DNA from: Lama guanicoe
Lineage: Eukaryota
Reading direction: 5' to 3'
Length of the DNA: 64,000 bases
Assembly (NCBI GenBank): GCA_013239625.1
Contig: MU053493.1
Location: 1,807,793 to 1,871,792, forward strand
Shown here piece after piece: positions 1-11,086 of the stretch. How positions within the stretch are numbered: the first letter of the stretch is position 1; each line of letters opens with the position of its first letter. Made by a program: the position numbers and the translations under genes. A model generated the notes under the pieces. That model worked only from the letters and a program-made list of their open reading frames with translations, made no database searches and was not told where the DNA came from.

Positions 1-500
1 AGCTCAGTGGCATTGAGGACATTCATATTGTGCGGCCATCATCATCTGTCTCCAGGCCTTGTTCATCATTCCACACTGAACCTTGGTACCCATTCAGCAG
101 TAACTCCCATTTTCCCCCACCTTTAGCCCCTGGTAAATAACCACTGTTCTGCTTTCTCTCTGTAAATTTAACTACCCTTGGGGCCTCTTAGAGGTAGAAT
201 TATACAGTATGTCCTTTGTGACTCACTTGTTTCCTTAGCAAACTGTTTTGAATGTTCATCCATGTTGTAGCAGGTGTCTGAATTTCATTCCTTTTTAAGG
301 CTGAGTAATATTTCATTTATGTGTACCACATTTTGGTTATCTTTTCATCTGTTCATGGACATTTGGGCTATTTCCACCTTTTGGCTATTGTGAATATATA
401 CTTACAAAATGGGTATATAAATACCTCTTCAAAATCCTGCTTTCAGGTCTTTTGAATATATACCCACAGTTGGGATTGCTGAATCAAATGATGATCTTAT
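1..500 (-). mobile_element. Old L1M 3' end fragment
   Basis: Typical antisense L1 3'UTR text (catccatgttgtagca...ttcattcctttttaaggctgagtaatat...gggattgctgaatc). Confidence 0.8.
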
Positions 501-938
501 GTTATGACCACACTTTTAAGGAACATGAAACTAACAGGAAAACAGGAGAAGCTCAGGAAAACAAATAAGGTTAAAAACACAATCCGTTCTGATTTGGCTT
601 GCAAAGAATTGGCTTCATGATAAAAGCTTTGAAATGGAAATTGAACCTGTTAAAGACAAGAGTGGCCAAGGTACATGACTATGAGGAGACATATGTAAAT
701 GGAGTAATAAATGTTGTCTATTTACTAACTGTGTTGGGTAAAGACTTACTCCTCATCATAGTTTTAAACAGGATGAAAATACGTGTATGGTGCCATAAAT
801 CCTCTGGATGCATGCTGAAAACCAATCAGCTTCTTACCAAACTAACTCGAAGGCACTTGTGATGAATGACTTTCTTACTATGTCCTGTCTCCTCAAATGA
901 AATGTGCAAAAATTCAGACTTAAAAACTTGTTGCATGT

Positions 939-1100
939 GGGGGAGGGTATACCTCAAGTGGCAGAGTGCATGCTTAGCATGCCCACAGTCCTGAGTTCAA
1001 TCCCCATTAAAAATAAATAGATAAATAAACCTAATTACCTCCATTAAAAATAAATAGATAAATAAACCTAATTACCTCCCCCCTAAAACAAAACAAACAA
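939..1100 (+). mobile_element. tRNA-Ala-derived SINE (vic-1 type) with duplicated tail
   Basis: ggggagggtatacctcaagtggcagagtgcatgcttagcatg head and aaataaacctaattacctcccc tail; diverged TSD aaaaactt. Confidence 0.85.
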
Positions 1101-2871
1101 AAACTTACTACACATTCTAAGATTAGATTATGTGAAGTTTGCACAGCTTTGCAAATATACAAAAAACAGTTGAATCGTCCTCTTCAAATGGATAGACTTT
1201 ATACTATATAAATTATATCTCGGTAAAGCTGTTGAGGAAACCTTATTACAAATGAATATTCACATTTTTATGATACTTTATGTACAGATTTAACACATTT
1301 TCTTTAAACAGTTAAGTCCCCTTAATGCAGTTAAGTATAGACCCTGGCAGCTAAACTTTTTCTTATTTGGAGGCAATGTCTGGAAAGCCTGGGCAGAAAT
1401 AAAAACAATCTGAATGGAAAGGAATGCAGTGTTATTTTTAAGTCAAGGCACTGAAAGTGTTTAGCAAGAAACAATATTGAAAGAAAGTTAGAAATTAGAG
1501 TTAACATACATACCAGGTTTGGTAACATATCTATTTCTTGTACATCAGGTTTCTGATGGGTGTGAAAATCAGGTGTTTATCTTTACCGTTCCTGGTTTTT
1601 GTTTTGTTTTTAACATTCTTGTTTTTAACTATCTGTTTATTCCCACATTTATGCATTGTAGTTTATTCTTGGGAAGTAATCTTTCTTTGGAATAGTCACA
1701 AATTTACACATGGAGTTCAAAGTAATACAATTCTGTTGTACCTTTCTGAGATGGGACAGAGAAACCTCAAACTTAAAAGAGCTGTGAATCCCTACGGTTG
1801 GAGGGCAGTCTGAATAAAAATACTTTTAAAAGTTGGCAAAAATCAAGGGAGAAACTATAATATTTTTAAATTTCTGTTCACAACAGACTCTTCAGCAACA
1901 CATTTTTTTAAGTATCTGCAAGGATCTATATCAGTGTAACTCCTTTATGCTACGTTTCCAACCCCAGTAAGATTTCACATTTCACTCATAGACTCCTCAT
2001 CAGTGCTTTTCTTTTTTTGTGGGTGTGAAGTACTATCTTACTGTGGTTTTGATTTGCTTTTCTGTAATGACTAGTGATGTTGAATGTCTTATGCGCTTAT
2101 CTTTTTACATTCTTTACGCTTCATTTTAAAGAAGCAGAATTACTGAATTCTCACCAGTATCACTGTATTTATTTTTATCCTATTCCTAGAATATATGCTT
2201 TAGGGACCAGATAAGATAAAACCCACAAAGTGATTGTTCCTTTCTCAAATTAGTTTACATTTCTAGAAGTAAGATAAACTAAAATATGGCCGTAAGATCT
2301 TAGTTTTTACATTATATGAAGATGTTATTGTCTGTTTTCCTAACATAGAAAGAAAACTTTATGTCCCATTGAAAGGAAAAAGAATCAGCATTCCAGTAAA
2401 CTGTATCCTCTTCTCCCACTTCCATGATAATGAAGTTATGGAGAAAGATAGAGTGAGGCTGCCAATAACATGAGTTGCTTGGGCTTTCTTTTCAGCGCCA
2501 GGGTTTTTGAAATGTCCCCAAAGCAAACTGACCTGGTGTATAAAACTTGACCTTCACTTTGCCCTCTTCTAAGTTACTGCTTTGACATTTCTGTGTGCTC
2601 TGTTGCTGGTAAGAGTGCCTGTGAAATAACCCCCAGCTGCCCTATCTCCCGTAGAGATAGCACTAGGAAGGGGAATTTGGAAATTTACGGAGCAAACAAC
2701 ACTGAGGTGCATATTACTCTAAAGCTCATGGACTGTATCTAGTTGTTTTTTTTTTTTTTTTAGGTACAAATACATCCTACGTTGAACTTCCATTGCAAAT
2801 TGCACACACAGTAGGGATGCAGGAAAGGGGGGGAAGAGCAGTTTGACCAATAATTCAGTTGGTTGTTAGCA

Positions 2872-2962
2872 TTTTTTTTTCAAGGGAGGTACTGGGGATT
2901 GAACCCAGGACCTCATGCTTGCTAAGCACGCTCTCTACCACTGAGTTATACCAACCGCCCCA
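2872..2962 (-). mobile_element. vic-1-type SINE (short form)
   Basis: Antisense tRNA-Ala head; TSD ggttgttagcattttt at 2861 and 2963. Confidence 0.9.
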
Positions 2963-4674
2963 GGTTGTTAGCATTTTTAAAATTCACTAGCACCATGCCC
3001 TTCAGATAATTTCTTGGTCTCAGGTGACCCTGCATGACACTCAACAAGCAAACATCCTTGTATGTCATTAACAATAAGAATGGCTGAATTTATCGTACAC
3101 CTGTTATATATATCTTGCACTGCAGTGTTATATTTTTATTAGAGCACATCACATCTAGTGAGGATTAGGTATTCTTTTCATGAAACTTACATCCGGTTGT
3201 ACATGTATGTCCGTGTGTACTGGTTTGGAGTACACTTGAACTTCAGGATCATACAGTGAGTCCAAAGAGCCGGAGTGTCAGAGGAGAACACAAGCCCTGG
3301 ATGGAACAGTGCATGACAGAGAGAAGACCTGGGGCGAGATCAGCCTCAGTGGTGGGTGCCCACCCTCCACGGCCAGCGGGTCTCTGCCAGTGGCCAGTAT
3401 GGGACAGTTTGCCTATCCACAGCCCTTTTGTGTCACAGTAGAAGGAACCCTGTTCCCTCCCTGCAGAAGACAGATATAACAGTGGGGTTGGCCACATGAC
3501 ACTCACCCTTTAAGCAGAGACAAAGCGTGCATTGAGCCTGAAAGAAGGAAAGATAGTCTGTCCCCACAAGGTGACAAGCCAGGCCAGGCTGTGTGGGCTC
3601 TTTATCTCTTGGGAAGGGAGCGCTCTAGGCCCACGGCCCATCCCTCTGCAGCTGAGAGGGGATTGGATGCCTGCACCAGGAGACTGCCTTCCCATCGAGG
3701 TTTATGGTCTTAAATAGTGTTGCTTCAGTTTCCTCGTTAACCAAAGTTTTAGTTTTGTTCGCTGAAGCTCTGTGATACTAGGTACTATTTAAAGTGTTTT
3801 TTCATTAAGAGTTAAGAACCCTTTATTTAAAATGTGTGCTCTTCAATTTGCTATTTCATACTTTTTTTCATTAAGTCATGTAGCTTTACAAAAATAAATT
3901 TAGACCTCGTACATGTGTATAATTTTCATTCTGGGGAGAATTTGGCTTTTAAAGCCTGGTGTTTGGGGGAACTGGAGAAACAGTGATACCTGGGGGCAAC
4001 ACACTGCAGGCTGCTTCAGTTTCCAAATAAAGGTTTCTTCTCATTTAGAAGTTCTTCAAATCCTTCAAAGTTATAAAAAGAACAATAAAAAAAACTGGCT
4101 CAGAGGAAATTCTCCTAAGTTTACCCTCTTGATTGTTGCTTATTTTTCCTCTGATAATGAGATTTTTCTAAGTTGATAATTATCCGAATAAAGTACACAT
4201 TAAAAGGTACTTATAACTTTAATGAACTTAACTGCAGAATATAAGACAAAGTATTGGTTATAGGTAGGGAAGAAAATTGCGTGTTCTTAATCGTTAAACG
4301 TTGTGTTTTTTCATTATTACAGTCAGACTTACCCTTTATGAAATGCAGAGAATAGCAAGTAATTCTTAATGATAGCTGGCTATTTTTTAAGTGTTGTCAG
4401 TAAATATAAATTATTATGAAAAATGGCATCCTTTGTTCTGAATCTAAAAAGCTCAGAATTAGCATTTTAATTCCAGACAGTTGTTTCAGAGCAGAGTGAG
4501 CAGCTTTGACATGGGTTGTTTCATTTATCTCCTCTGATTTAATTTCAGTAATTAAAAAGCCCAGTTATATATACATTTTTTTACATATATAATTTATTTT
4601 GTTTTGTAAAAATTTAACTTTAAAAGGGCACGAATCCTCAGAATAAGAATATCAATGGCTCTTTGACTTTTCAG

Positions 4675-5012
4675 GGCTCTTTTCCAGACTTCAGACTCCA
4701 GTTCCAACAGTAAAAACTTTTTCCACGTCACAGTCCTCGCTTCAAGTGCCCGGTGCTATCTGGAATCTCGGTCAACTCAATCATGTAGCAGTGGCAGTGC
4801 CAGACCTGGAAAAGGCCAAGGCACTTTATAAGGATGTTCTGGGGGCCCAGGTAAGTGAGGCGGTCCCTCTTCCTGAGCATGGAGTGTCCGTTGTTTTTGT
4901 CAACCTGGGAAATACCAAGATAGAGCTGCTTCATCCATTGGGAAGTGACAGTCCAGTTGCAGGTTTTCTGCAGAAGAACAAGGCTGGCGGAATGCATCAT
5001 GTCTGCATTGAG
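4675..5012 (+). CDS. MCEE: Methylmalonyl-CoA epimerase, coding exon 2 (338 nt, phase-1 start)
   Basis: Acceptor ctttgacttttcag|GG at 4674/4675 and donor GAG|gtact at 5012/5013. Translates (G)LFSRLQTPVPTVKTFSTSQSSLQVPGAIWNLGQLNHVAVAVPDLEKAKALYKDVLGAQVSEAVPLPEHGVSVVFVNLGNTKIELLHPLGSDSPVAGFLQKNKAGGMHHVCIE, which matches mammalian MCEE (VOC/glyoxalase fold, metal-binding His/Glu residues). Confidence 0.97.
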
Positions 5013-5626
5013 GTACTTAAATTATTTTAATGTTGTAAATTTCTCTTTTTAAAATGTCTTACTTTTTCAGGCTACATATTGTTACTGTCCTCAGAAACTT
5101 GTAAGTTTCTTTCAAGGGAATGGTAACACTGGTCCTATTCAAGGGTGGGTCTGTAGGTATATTCTCTTTCTCTCTAGAAAACTGCAAATAATAAGAATAT
5201 GTTTTATGAAAATCTGGATGCAGCAGTCACTAGATAAAGGCCCCTGAAGTTGGCTAAAGCACATCTGAGTCTTTGCTGTAGCATCTCTGTGATCAGTGCG
5301 GCCTTTCATGCAGCGAGAACACATGAGGCAGTGAGAAGCGGCGAGTGAGGAGACTATGGAGTAAGAATTTCCAGATACATGCTAACTATTAGAATTATTT
5401 TCTGTCCTTAAAATTCTAATACCCAGTTCCTCATACAGAGGCAATGCATTTTCAGTGACTGACTGGGATTTTTAAGATCTTCTCAGTTGCATCTGCTGGC
5501 AGTTCCTGAAAAAACATGAAATGCTGGGCAAGAACATTCTCATTAGAGAGCCTTTATCTGTCAACGTTCATGTTCAGATTGCTGCTTTTGGAATATTTGC
5601 ATTACCAATTATGCTTCAGCTTAATC

Positions 5627-5748
5627 TTTTTTTTTGGGGGGAGGCGTAATTAGGTTTATTTATTTATTTAATGAAGGTGCTAGGGAATGAACCTAGGACC
5701 TCATGCATGCTAAGCATGCCCTCTACTGCTGAGCTAAACCCTCCCCCC
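5627..5748 (-). mobile_element. vic-1-type SINE
   Basis: Antisense head and taattaggtttatt tail motif. Confidence 0.9.
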
Positions 5749-6206
5749 AGTTTAAATTACTTTGACAGGACAATTCTTTTGTTAGAAGTAATGACATGAT
5801 AGTTAAGCCTCATTCCCAATCCAGAAGAGACGGGGGTTGATTCTAGGGTGAGCTAACTCCAGGAGATACCTAGTTCATATTGCAAACATATTTGAGAACC
5901 TAGGGAGTGTCCCCTGTTGAGAACCTCGGTTTAGCAGTGAGTGAGAAAGATGTGACCATGCCCATGGTGCAGAGGGTCAGCTGTCTAAACAGGCAGTTAC
6001 AGTGGACTGTGGGAAGCAGAATTCATAGAAATGTCCTTCAGTTGCCCAAATGAGGGAAAGAGGGATTTCTCCTGGCAGGCCGACGTGGTAGGAAGGTATC
6101 GCAGGGCATGAGTTATAATGAATGTGACGAATTCCCCAAGTGGACAAGAGGAGGAACATATTCTGAGCAGAGGGAACAGCATGTGGTTACAGAGTTACGT
6201 GGTTAG

Positions 6207-6622
6207 ACCTGGAGATCATCATTCTAAGTGAAGTAAACCAGAAAGAAAAAGAAAAATGCCATATGATGTCACTCATACATGGAACCTTAAAAAAAAAAAA
6301 GACACAAATGAACTTATTTACAAAACAGAAACAGGCTCACAGACATAGGAAACAAACTTATGGTAACCAGTGGGGGAAGGGGGTAGGAAGGGATAAATTG
6401 AGAGTTCAGAATTTGCAGATACAAACTACTATATATAAAATAGGTAAACAACAAGTTTCTTCTGTATAGCACAGAGAACTATATTCAGTATCTTACAGTA
6501 ACCTATAATGAAAAAGAATATGAAAAGGAACATATGTATGTATGTGTATGACCGAAACATTATGCTGTGCACCAGAAATTTACCTAACATTGTAAACTGA
6601 CTATACTTCCATTAAAAAAAAG
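6207..6622 (+). mobile_element. Lineage-specific L1 3' end (5'-truncated)
   Basis: gacctggagatcatcattctaagtgaagta...gtaaactgactatacttcc-polyA; the same family recurs about 9 times in the window. Confidence 0.85.
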
Positions 6623-6689
6623 AGAAAGGCACAGAGCTGTCATAACTGCTAACGTGGAGTCCTCTGGCAGTAAGTGAATAAAGTACTCA

Positions 6690-6845
6690 ATGTGCATTAT
6701 TTGATTCTCATAGCTGCCCTGTGAGGGCAGTGTTAACCCCCATTTGATGGGTGAGGAAACTGAGACTTGGAATAGTTCACTTGCCCTTAGTCACATTAGT
6801 ACTAGTGGCAAAGCTGGGCTTCAAACCCAGATTTGTGCTGATCCC
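6690..6845 (-). mobile_element. MIR SINE
   Basis: Core cccatttgatgggtgaggaaactgagact...agtggcaaagctgggcttcaaacccag. Confidence 0.75.
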
Positions 6846-7939
6846 GGGATTGGCACTGTTGGCCACGGTGTCGGATGGCCTGCATTGTGTTAGCCAAGTT
6901 TACAGCTTCAGGTGGGGAGGCTGTAAGGTGTTAGACGAGGGAGCTAAACAAGGCTAGTATTTAACCTTTATCCCCTTTTTAGGAGGTTGATTTTGGCTGC
7001 AGGTCTTTATTTCATTGGACTTGAGGGTTTGTGTAAGAACCCCAGGATGAGAAACAGGGTCAGGAGCCTTTCAATTTACTCTTTCTCCCACACTACTCTG
7101 TCTCTTCCACATCAGAGCCGTGCCTTCAAAGGAGCCGCTATGTAAGTTAGAAGTTCAGTTAAGTACAGAATAGTGGAAGTTGAGTGATGTAACAGAATTC
7201 AAAAGAGAGATTAAAGGGGGGAAACAAAAATGTTTATCCATATAAAATGAAGGTCGGAAGGAGGAGGAGGAGGTGTGACAAGTGGTCAGGTAACTGCCGC
7301 ATTAGCAGGACACAGCTAGTGCTTATTCTCTGCTCTCAGTAAAAAACACAGTGTCTTAACATAGGTAGATTTTATTTTCCTGTTCTCAGTCTAAAATGAG
7401 CTGTCCCAGGCTAAGGGATGATCTAGAAATGACAGGTATCACTCCTGTTCCTGTCATTGGTGTGGCCACATGGTACACTTGACCGCAAGTATGCTGTGTA
7501 GTCAGGCAGTATCGTGCACTGCTGAAATGTGGGGTTTGCTGGAATTAAGAGGAAGAAATGGGAAATGGGTACCGGGACCACCAGTTTATGTACATGCGGT
7601 GATTTTTAAAAAGCGGTGTGGCCGGGAGAGCCTGACACTTTTTCTGAGTGAAGATGGGCTCTAAGATGGAATCATTTGAGAAGTATTGCCACCTGCTGTG
7701 GCAGCCTGTGAAATGAACTTGTCACCAGAGGCAGGGGTGTGGTTCCCTGAGTCATCAGATAGAGGAGAATTCCTTACCAGTCCTTGAACCGGGAATATAT
7801 TTTTATTGAAGGAAGCTGCAGAGAGTTCAGGTTAATTATTTTACTATGGTATAACCTAGTCTATTCTGGCTAATGTAACTTGAGTCTGATGTTACCTGCC
7901 ACTGAAAGTGCAGAAATGATGGAACGGGTCAGACAGCAC

Positions 7940-8170
7940 TCCTTTGGCCATTCCAGTCACTGCCATGTAACCCGTGATCCCAGAACTTTGGGGTGTTACA
8001 CAGCAGCTGTTTTCTCTCGCTCAGGACGTTGTGGTCTGGGAGTCTGGGGGAGGCTTCTGCTGGATGGTTCTTGCTTGGGATCTCTCCTGTGGCTGCAGTG
8101 AAGGCTCTCCTGGGCTGGGTGTCCCATCCATGTGCTGGGGGTTGCTGCTGGCTGGCAGCGGGGAGCTCGG
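7940..8170 (-). mobile_element. MaLR (MLT1-type) LTR fragment
   Basis: Reverse complement reads agaaccatccagcagaagcc...cagaccaca...ccaaagttctggga..gttacatggcagt, resembling an MLT1 3' end. Confidence 0.55.
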
Positions 8171-8714
8171 CCCTGCCTTCCAGCAGGAGCTTTGCAGGCT
8201 GAGAGTAGTTCTCAGGGCACTTGGACTTGTCACCGGACTTCTCAGTCACAGATGACTTGCTGATTTCTTACTGGCCAGAGTGAGAGTCCCAAGAAGGCCA
8301 GTGGGGCCACGCGGCCCTTCTGTCCTCACCTTGGAAGTCCCACAGCAGCACTTCTGCTGTCTGATGGTCAGAAGCAAGTCCTCAGTGTGGACCCGGTGCA
8401 GCAGGAGAGGACGTGGATCCCAGGTACCCCAGGATGGGAGCAGGAGCAGCAGGGAATCTACGGACACGTCTCACAAGTGCCACTGCCACCAAGGTAGTGA
8501 TGTATGCTACACAGAGGAAAGTGGGGGAAACTTCTAGAAGCTCTAGAGTGATTTTATGCCAAACAGCCAGAAGTGGGAACCAACCGCATTCCCTGTGCAA
8601 GAGGTGGCACCCTCTCTGGCCCTTGTTTATAAGGGGAGTCAAGAGACAGGTGCTTGAAAGGTAGAAGGTGATAAATACGCATCCACCAAAACCAGGTGCT
8701 TCCACTTTTCCCAG

Positions 8715-9144
8715 CTGTTTTGGGAAGAGACAGCATTCAGAGATGTGTCTGCTGATAATGCTTACCATCAGCCTTCTATGACTTCGTGGTTCATAGTCTT
8801 TTTTTTTTTTTAATGCCATTCCTTTTTTAAAAATGTTAAATCCATCCATCAGAGAGTCGGCTTTCCTCTCCGGGATGATCACCAGGGCTCTTTATGTTCT
8901 TTTTCCCTGGGACCTCCTGTAAAACCTCCAGCTGGGGAGTGTGTCTATTCTGGGCACGTGCCTTAGCTTTTCGTTGACTCAACAAAGATGTCAGACAAAA
9001 CGTTCTTTCTCTCCTACATGGTTTAGCATTGTACCAGTTATCCGTATTTTTCTGGCGAAGCTTTTTTTTCCCCCAACCTCAGTGTCTCTTTCTTTTTTGG
9101 GTCTCCATTTTCTCTGGCGAGGTTGGCCCAGACTTCTTATCCTG
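8715..9144 (-). mobile_element. Decayed pogo/Tigger (TIGD/CENP-B-like) transposase fragment
   Basis: Minus-strand translation with frameshifts gives, in order, KKS..EKME, GEKKA.EKYG, ITGTML..KERF, QRK, QEV..KNI, VII.ERKA, SDGWI*HF*KRNGI. This follows the psq-HTH and CENP-B HTH of Tigger/TIGD proteins. Stops and frameshifts show it is dead. Confidence 0.6.
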
Positions 9145-9916
9145 GTGTGTTTGCCTGTCACTCGAGCAGGCTAAGAGGTCACCTTGTTCTGTCTCTTCCC
9201 TTGCCTGGAAACCAGGTGGCCTGCTCTTGTCCAGCACGGGTTGTGTTGATGCCGACGTGTGCTCCAACCTTTTGCAGGCCTGTCCCTGAGAAGATGATTC
9301 TGGTATTTAATAGAACCAGCCCTGCTTTTACTAAATAACTTAGACAACAAGGTAAAACACAGTGGAAACCGTAAGGGCCACTAAAAATATTGGCTTATTC
9401 AACACATTCGTACTGTTAGAAAAATATTTCAGTGCACCCATGCTAGTTGGTAAACAGGTGCTGCTCTAAACCTTCTAACATCTTCCTTCTTGAAGGCCCC
9501 TTCTCTGAGACCCCTCAGGCACCCTCTGCCCCCCAACGCACACAGTTCAGCAGCTGAAAGGTTACTACCCAGCACAGCAGGGTCCCCCAGGGCTCTGGAC
9601 CTGTAGAAGGCCCCTTCTTGTTGGGGTCTTGTCTGTGTTGTCTTCCTGGTTGGTAAGTATTTTCGGTATCACTCTGACCTTCACCGCGTTAGGTGCCGAG
9701 GCTATGTAGCTGAACGAAATACAGAGTCCCTGTCCTCATGGGATCACCTACTTGCTTCATTTATTCACGTATGCCCTGCATCTTCCACAGAGGACTAGAG
9801 GTGACTGACCCAAATACAGCCCATAAGATGCAAAAGGATAAACATGAGTAACAGGGAAAGATAGACAAAAGAGGCAAATGACATTAGTGTACCTACTAGT
9901 TCTGCCAAATATTTCT

Positions 9917-10096
9917 CTTTTTTTTTAGCTTTTTTTTCCCCCAGCTTCAGTGTCTCTTTCTTTTTCGGGGGGAGGGGTTTAATTAGGTTTGTTTGTTTGT
10001 TTGTTTTATTTGTTTTTTTGATGCAGGTGCTGGGGGTTGAACCCAGGATCTCTTGCATGCTAAGCACTTGCTCTACCACTGAGCTATATCCTCCTC
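9917..10096 (-). mobile_element. vic-1-type SINE with extra 43-bp tail insert
   Basis: Perfect TSD ccaaatatttct at 9905-9916 and 10097-10108. Confidence 0.9.
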
Positions 10097-11014
10097 CCAA
10101 ATATTTCTGGGTGCCAAAACAAAAGGGGCCAAAATAAATACCATTAAAAATAATTGTGGCCCCTTCCCCCTTCTTTCCCTTCCTACCTTGAACAACACAG
10201 TCCTGAAGACGTTAGGGAGGGCAGAGCAAGCTAGAGGTCCCCGCTGGTGGGGAGGGCTGGAGTAGCCCGTGGTGTTGGGGTCCGAGTGGTTAAAGAGGGT
10301 GTCCACGAGCAGGAGCTGCCTGCCCTGGGAAAGCCAGGGACTGGGTAGGGTACCCAGGCACAGGGAGGTCCCATCTGAGCAGGATGGAGTGGGACCAATG
10401 CAGGGGCGCGGGGAGCATGGAGCATGAGAGCCTGCACAGAACGTGTACGTGTGTGTGTGTGTGTGTGTATAAGGGCACCTAGCATGGAGAGTCAGGGCCT
10501 GAGTCATTGGGGGGAGAGCATCAGTGCGAGGGGCCATGATGACTCTAGGTGAGGGGGGGTTGAAGCCAAGTGGGATTGTGGGTGTTCTCATGTGGGGTGG
10601 CGATGGGGAGTTAGGGTGAGGAAGGTGTATCCACGCGGGGGCACTTCTGTGCAGGATCTTGGCACCCAAGCAAGGTGAGGAGAACTTGAGTACAGGAGTG
10701 GCCCAACCCAAGTTGGTTGGGAAGGCTTTGAGGCAGGGGGTCAGGTCCATAATGGATGGAAACTTAGGCGTGAGGCAGGGGGCGGGGGAAGACACATGGG
10801 TTGAAGAGTGCATTGCTGGGGAGGGGCAGCAGCAGGGATAAGGACTGGTCATAGAGGAAGGTTTATCCAGTGAGTAGGTGCAGTTTCCCAGAGTCAGAGA
10901 AGGGTGTTGCGTATACAGAAAGGATATGAGATTTCATCTAGGGGTAACCCTCACTGTCGCAGGCTGATGGGGAAAAGTGCATGATTAAAGTCTTATTTAA
11001 AAATTAAGATGGAG

Positions 11015-11086
11015 CGTGTGGGAGGTGGAACTTAGTGGTAGAGCCCGTGCTTGGTTCAATCCCCAGTGCCTCCGTTGAAGGGAAGA
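11015..11086 (+). mobile_element. Internally deleted vic-1-type SINE
   Basis: cttagtggtagagcccgtgctt|ggttcaatccccagtgcctcc; TSD aaaattaagat. Confidence 0.7.

Noticed and set aside
500..900. Purine-rich, coding-looking segment with an 87-aa ORF
   Set aside because: No start context, no splice signals and no recognisable homolog.
4746..5030. ORF-track boundaries for MCEE (4746-5030 and 16206-16409)
   Set aside because: The true boundaries are splice sites (4675-5012 and 16257). The ORF-track starts are artefacts, and the extra residues VLKLF and MLFLRP... are intronic.
10073..10852. 259-aa minus-strand ORF
   Set aside because: Pro-rich low-complexity reading through a (GT)n microsatellite and ending in a SINE; no recognisable homology.
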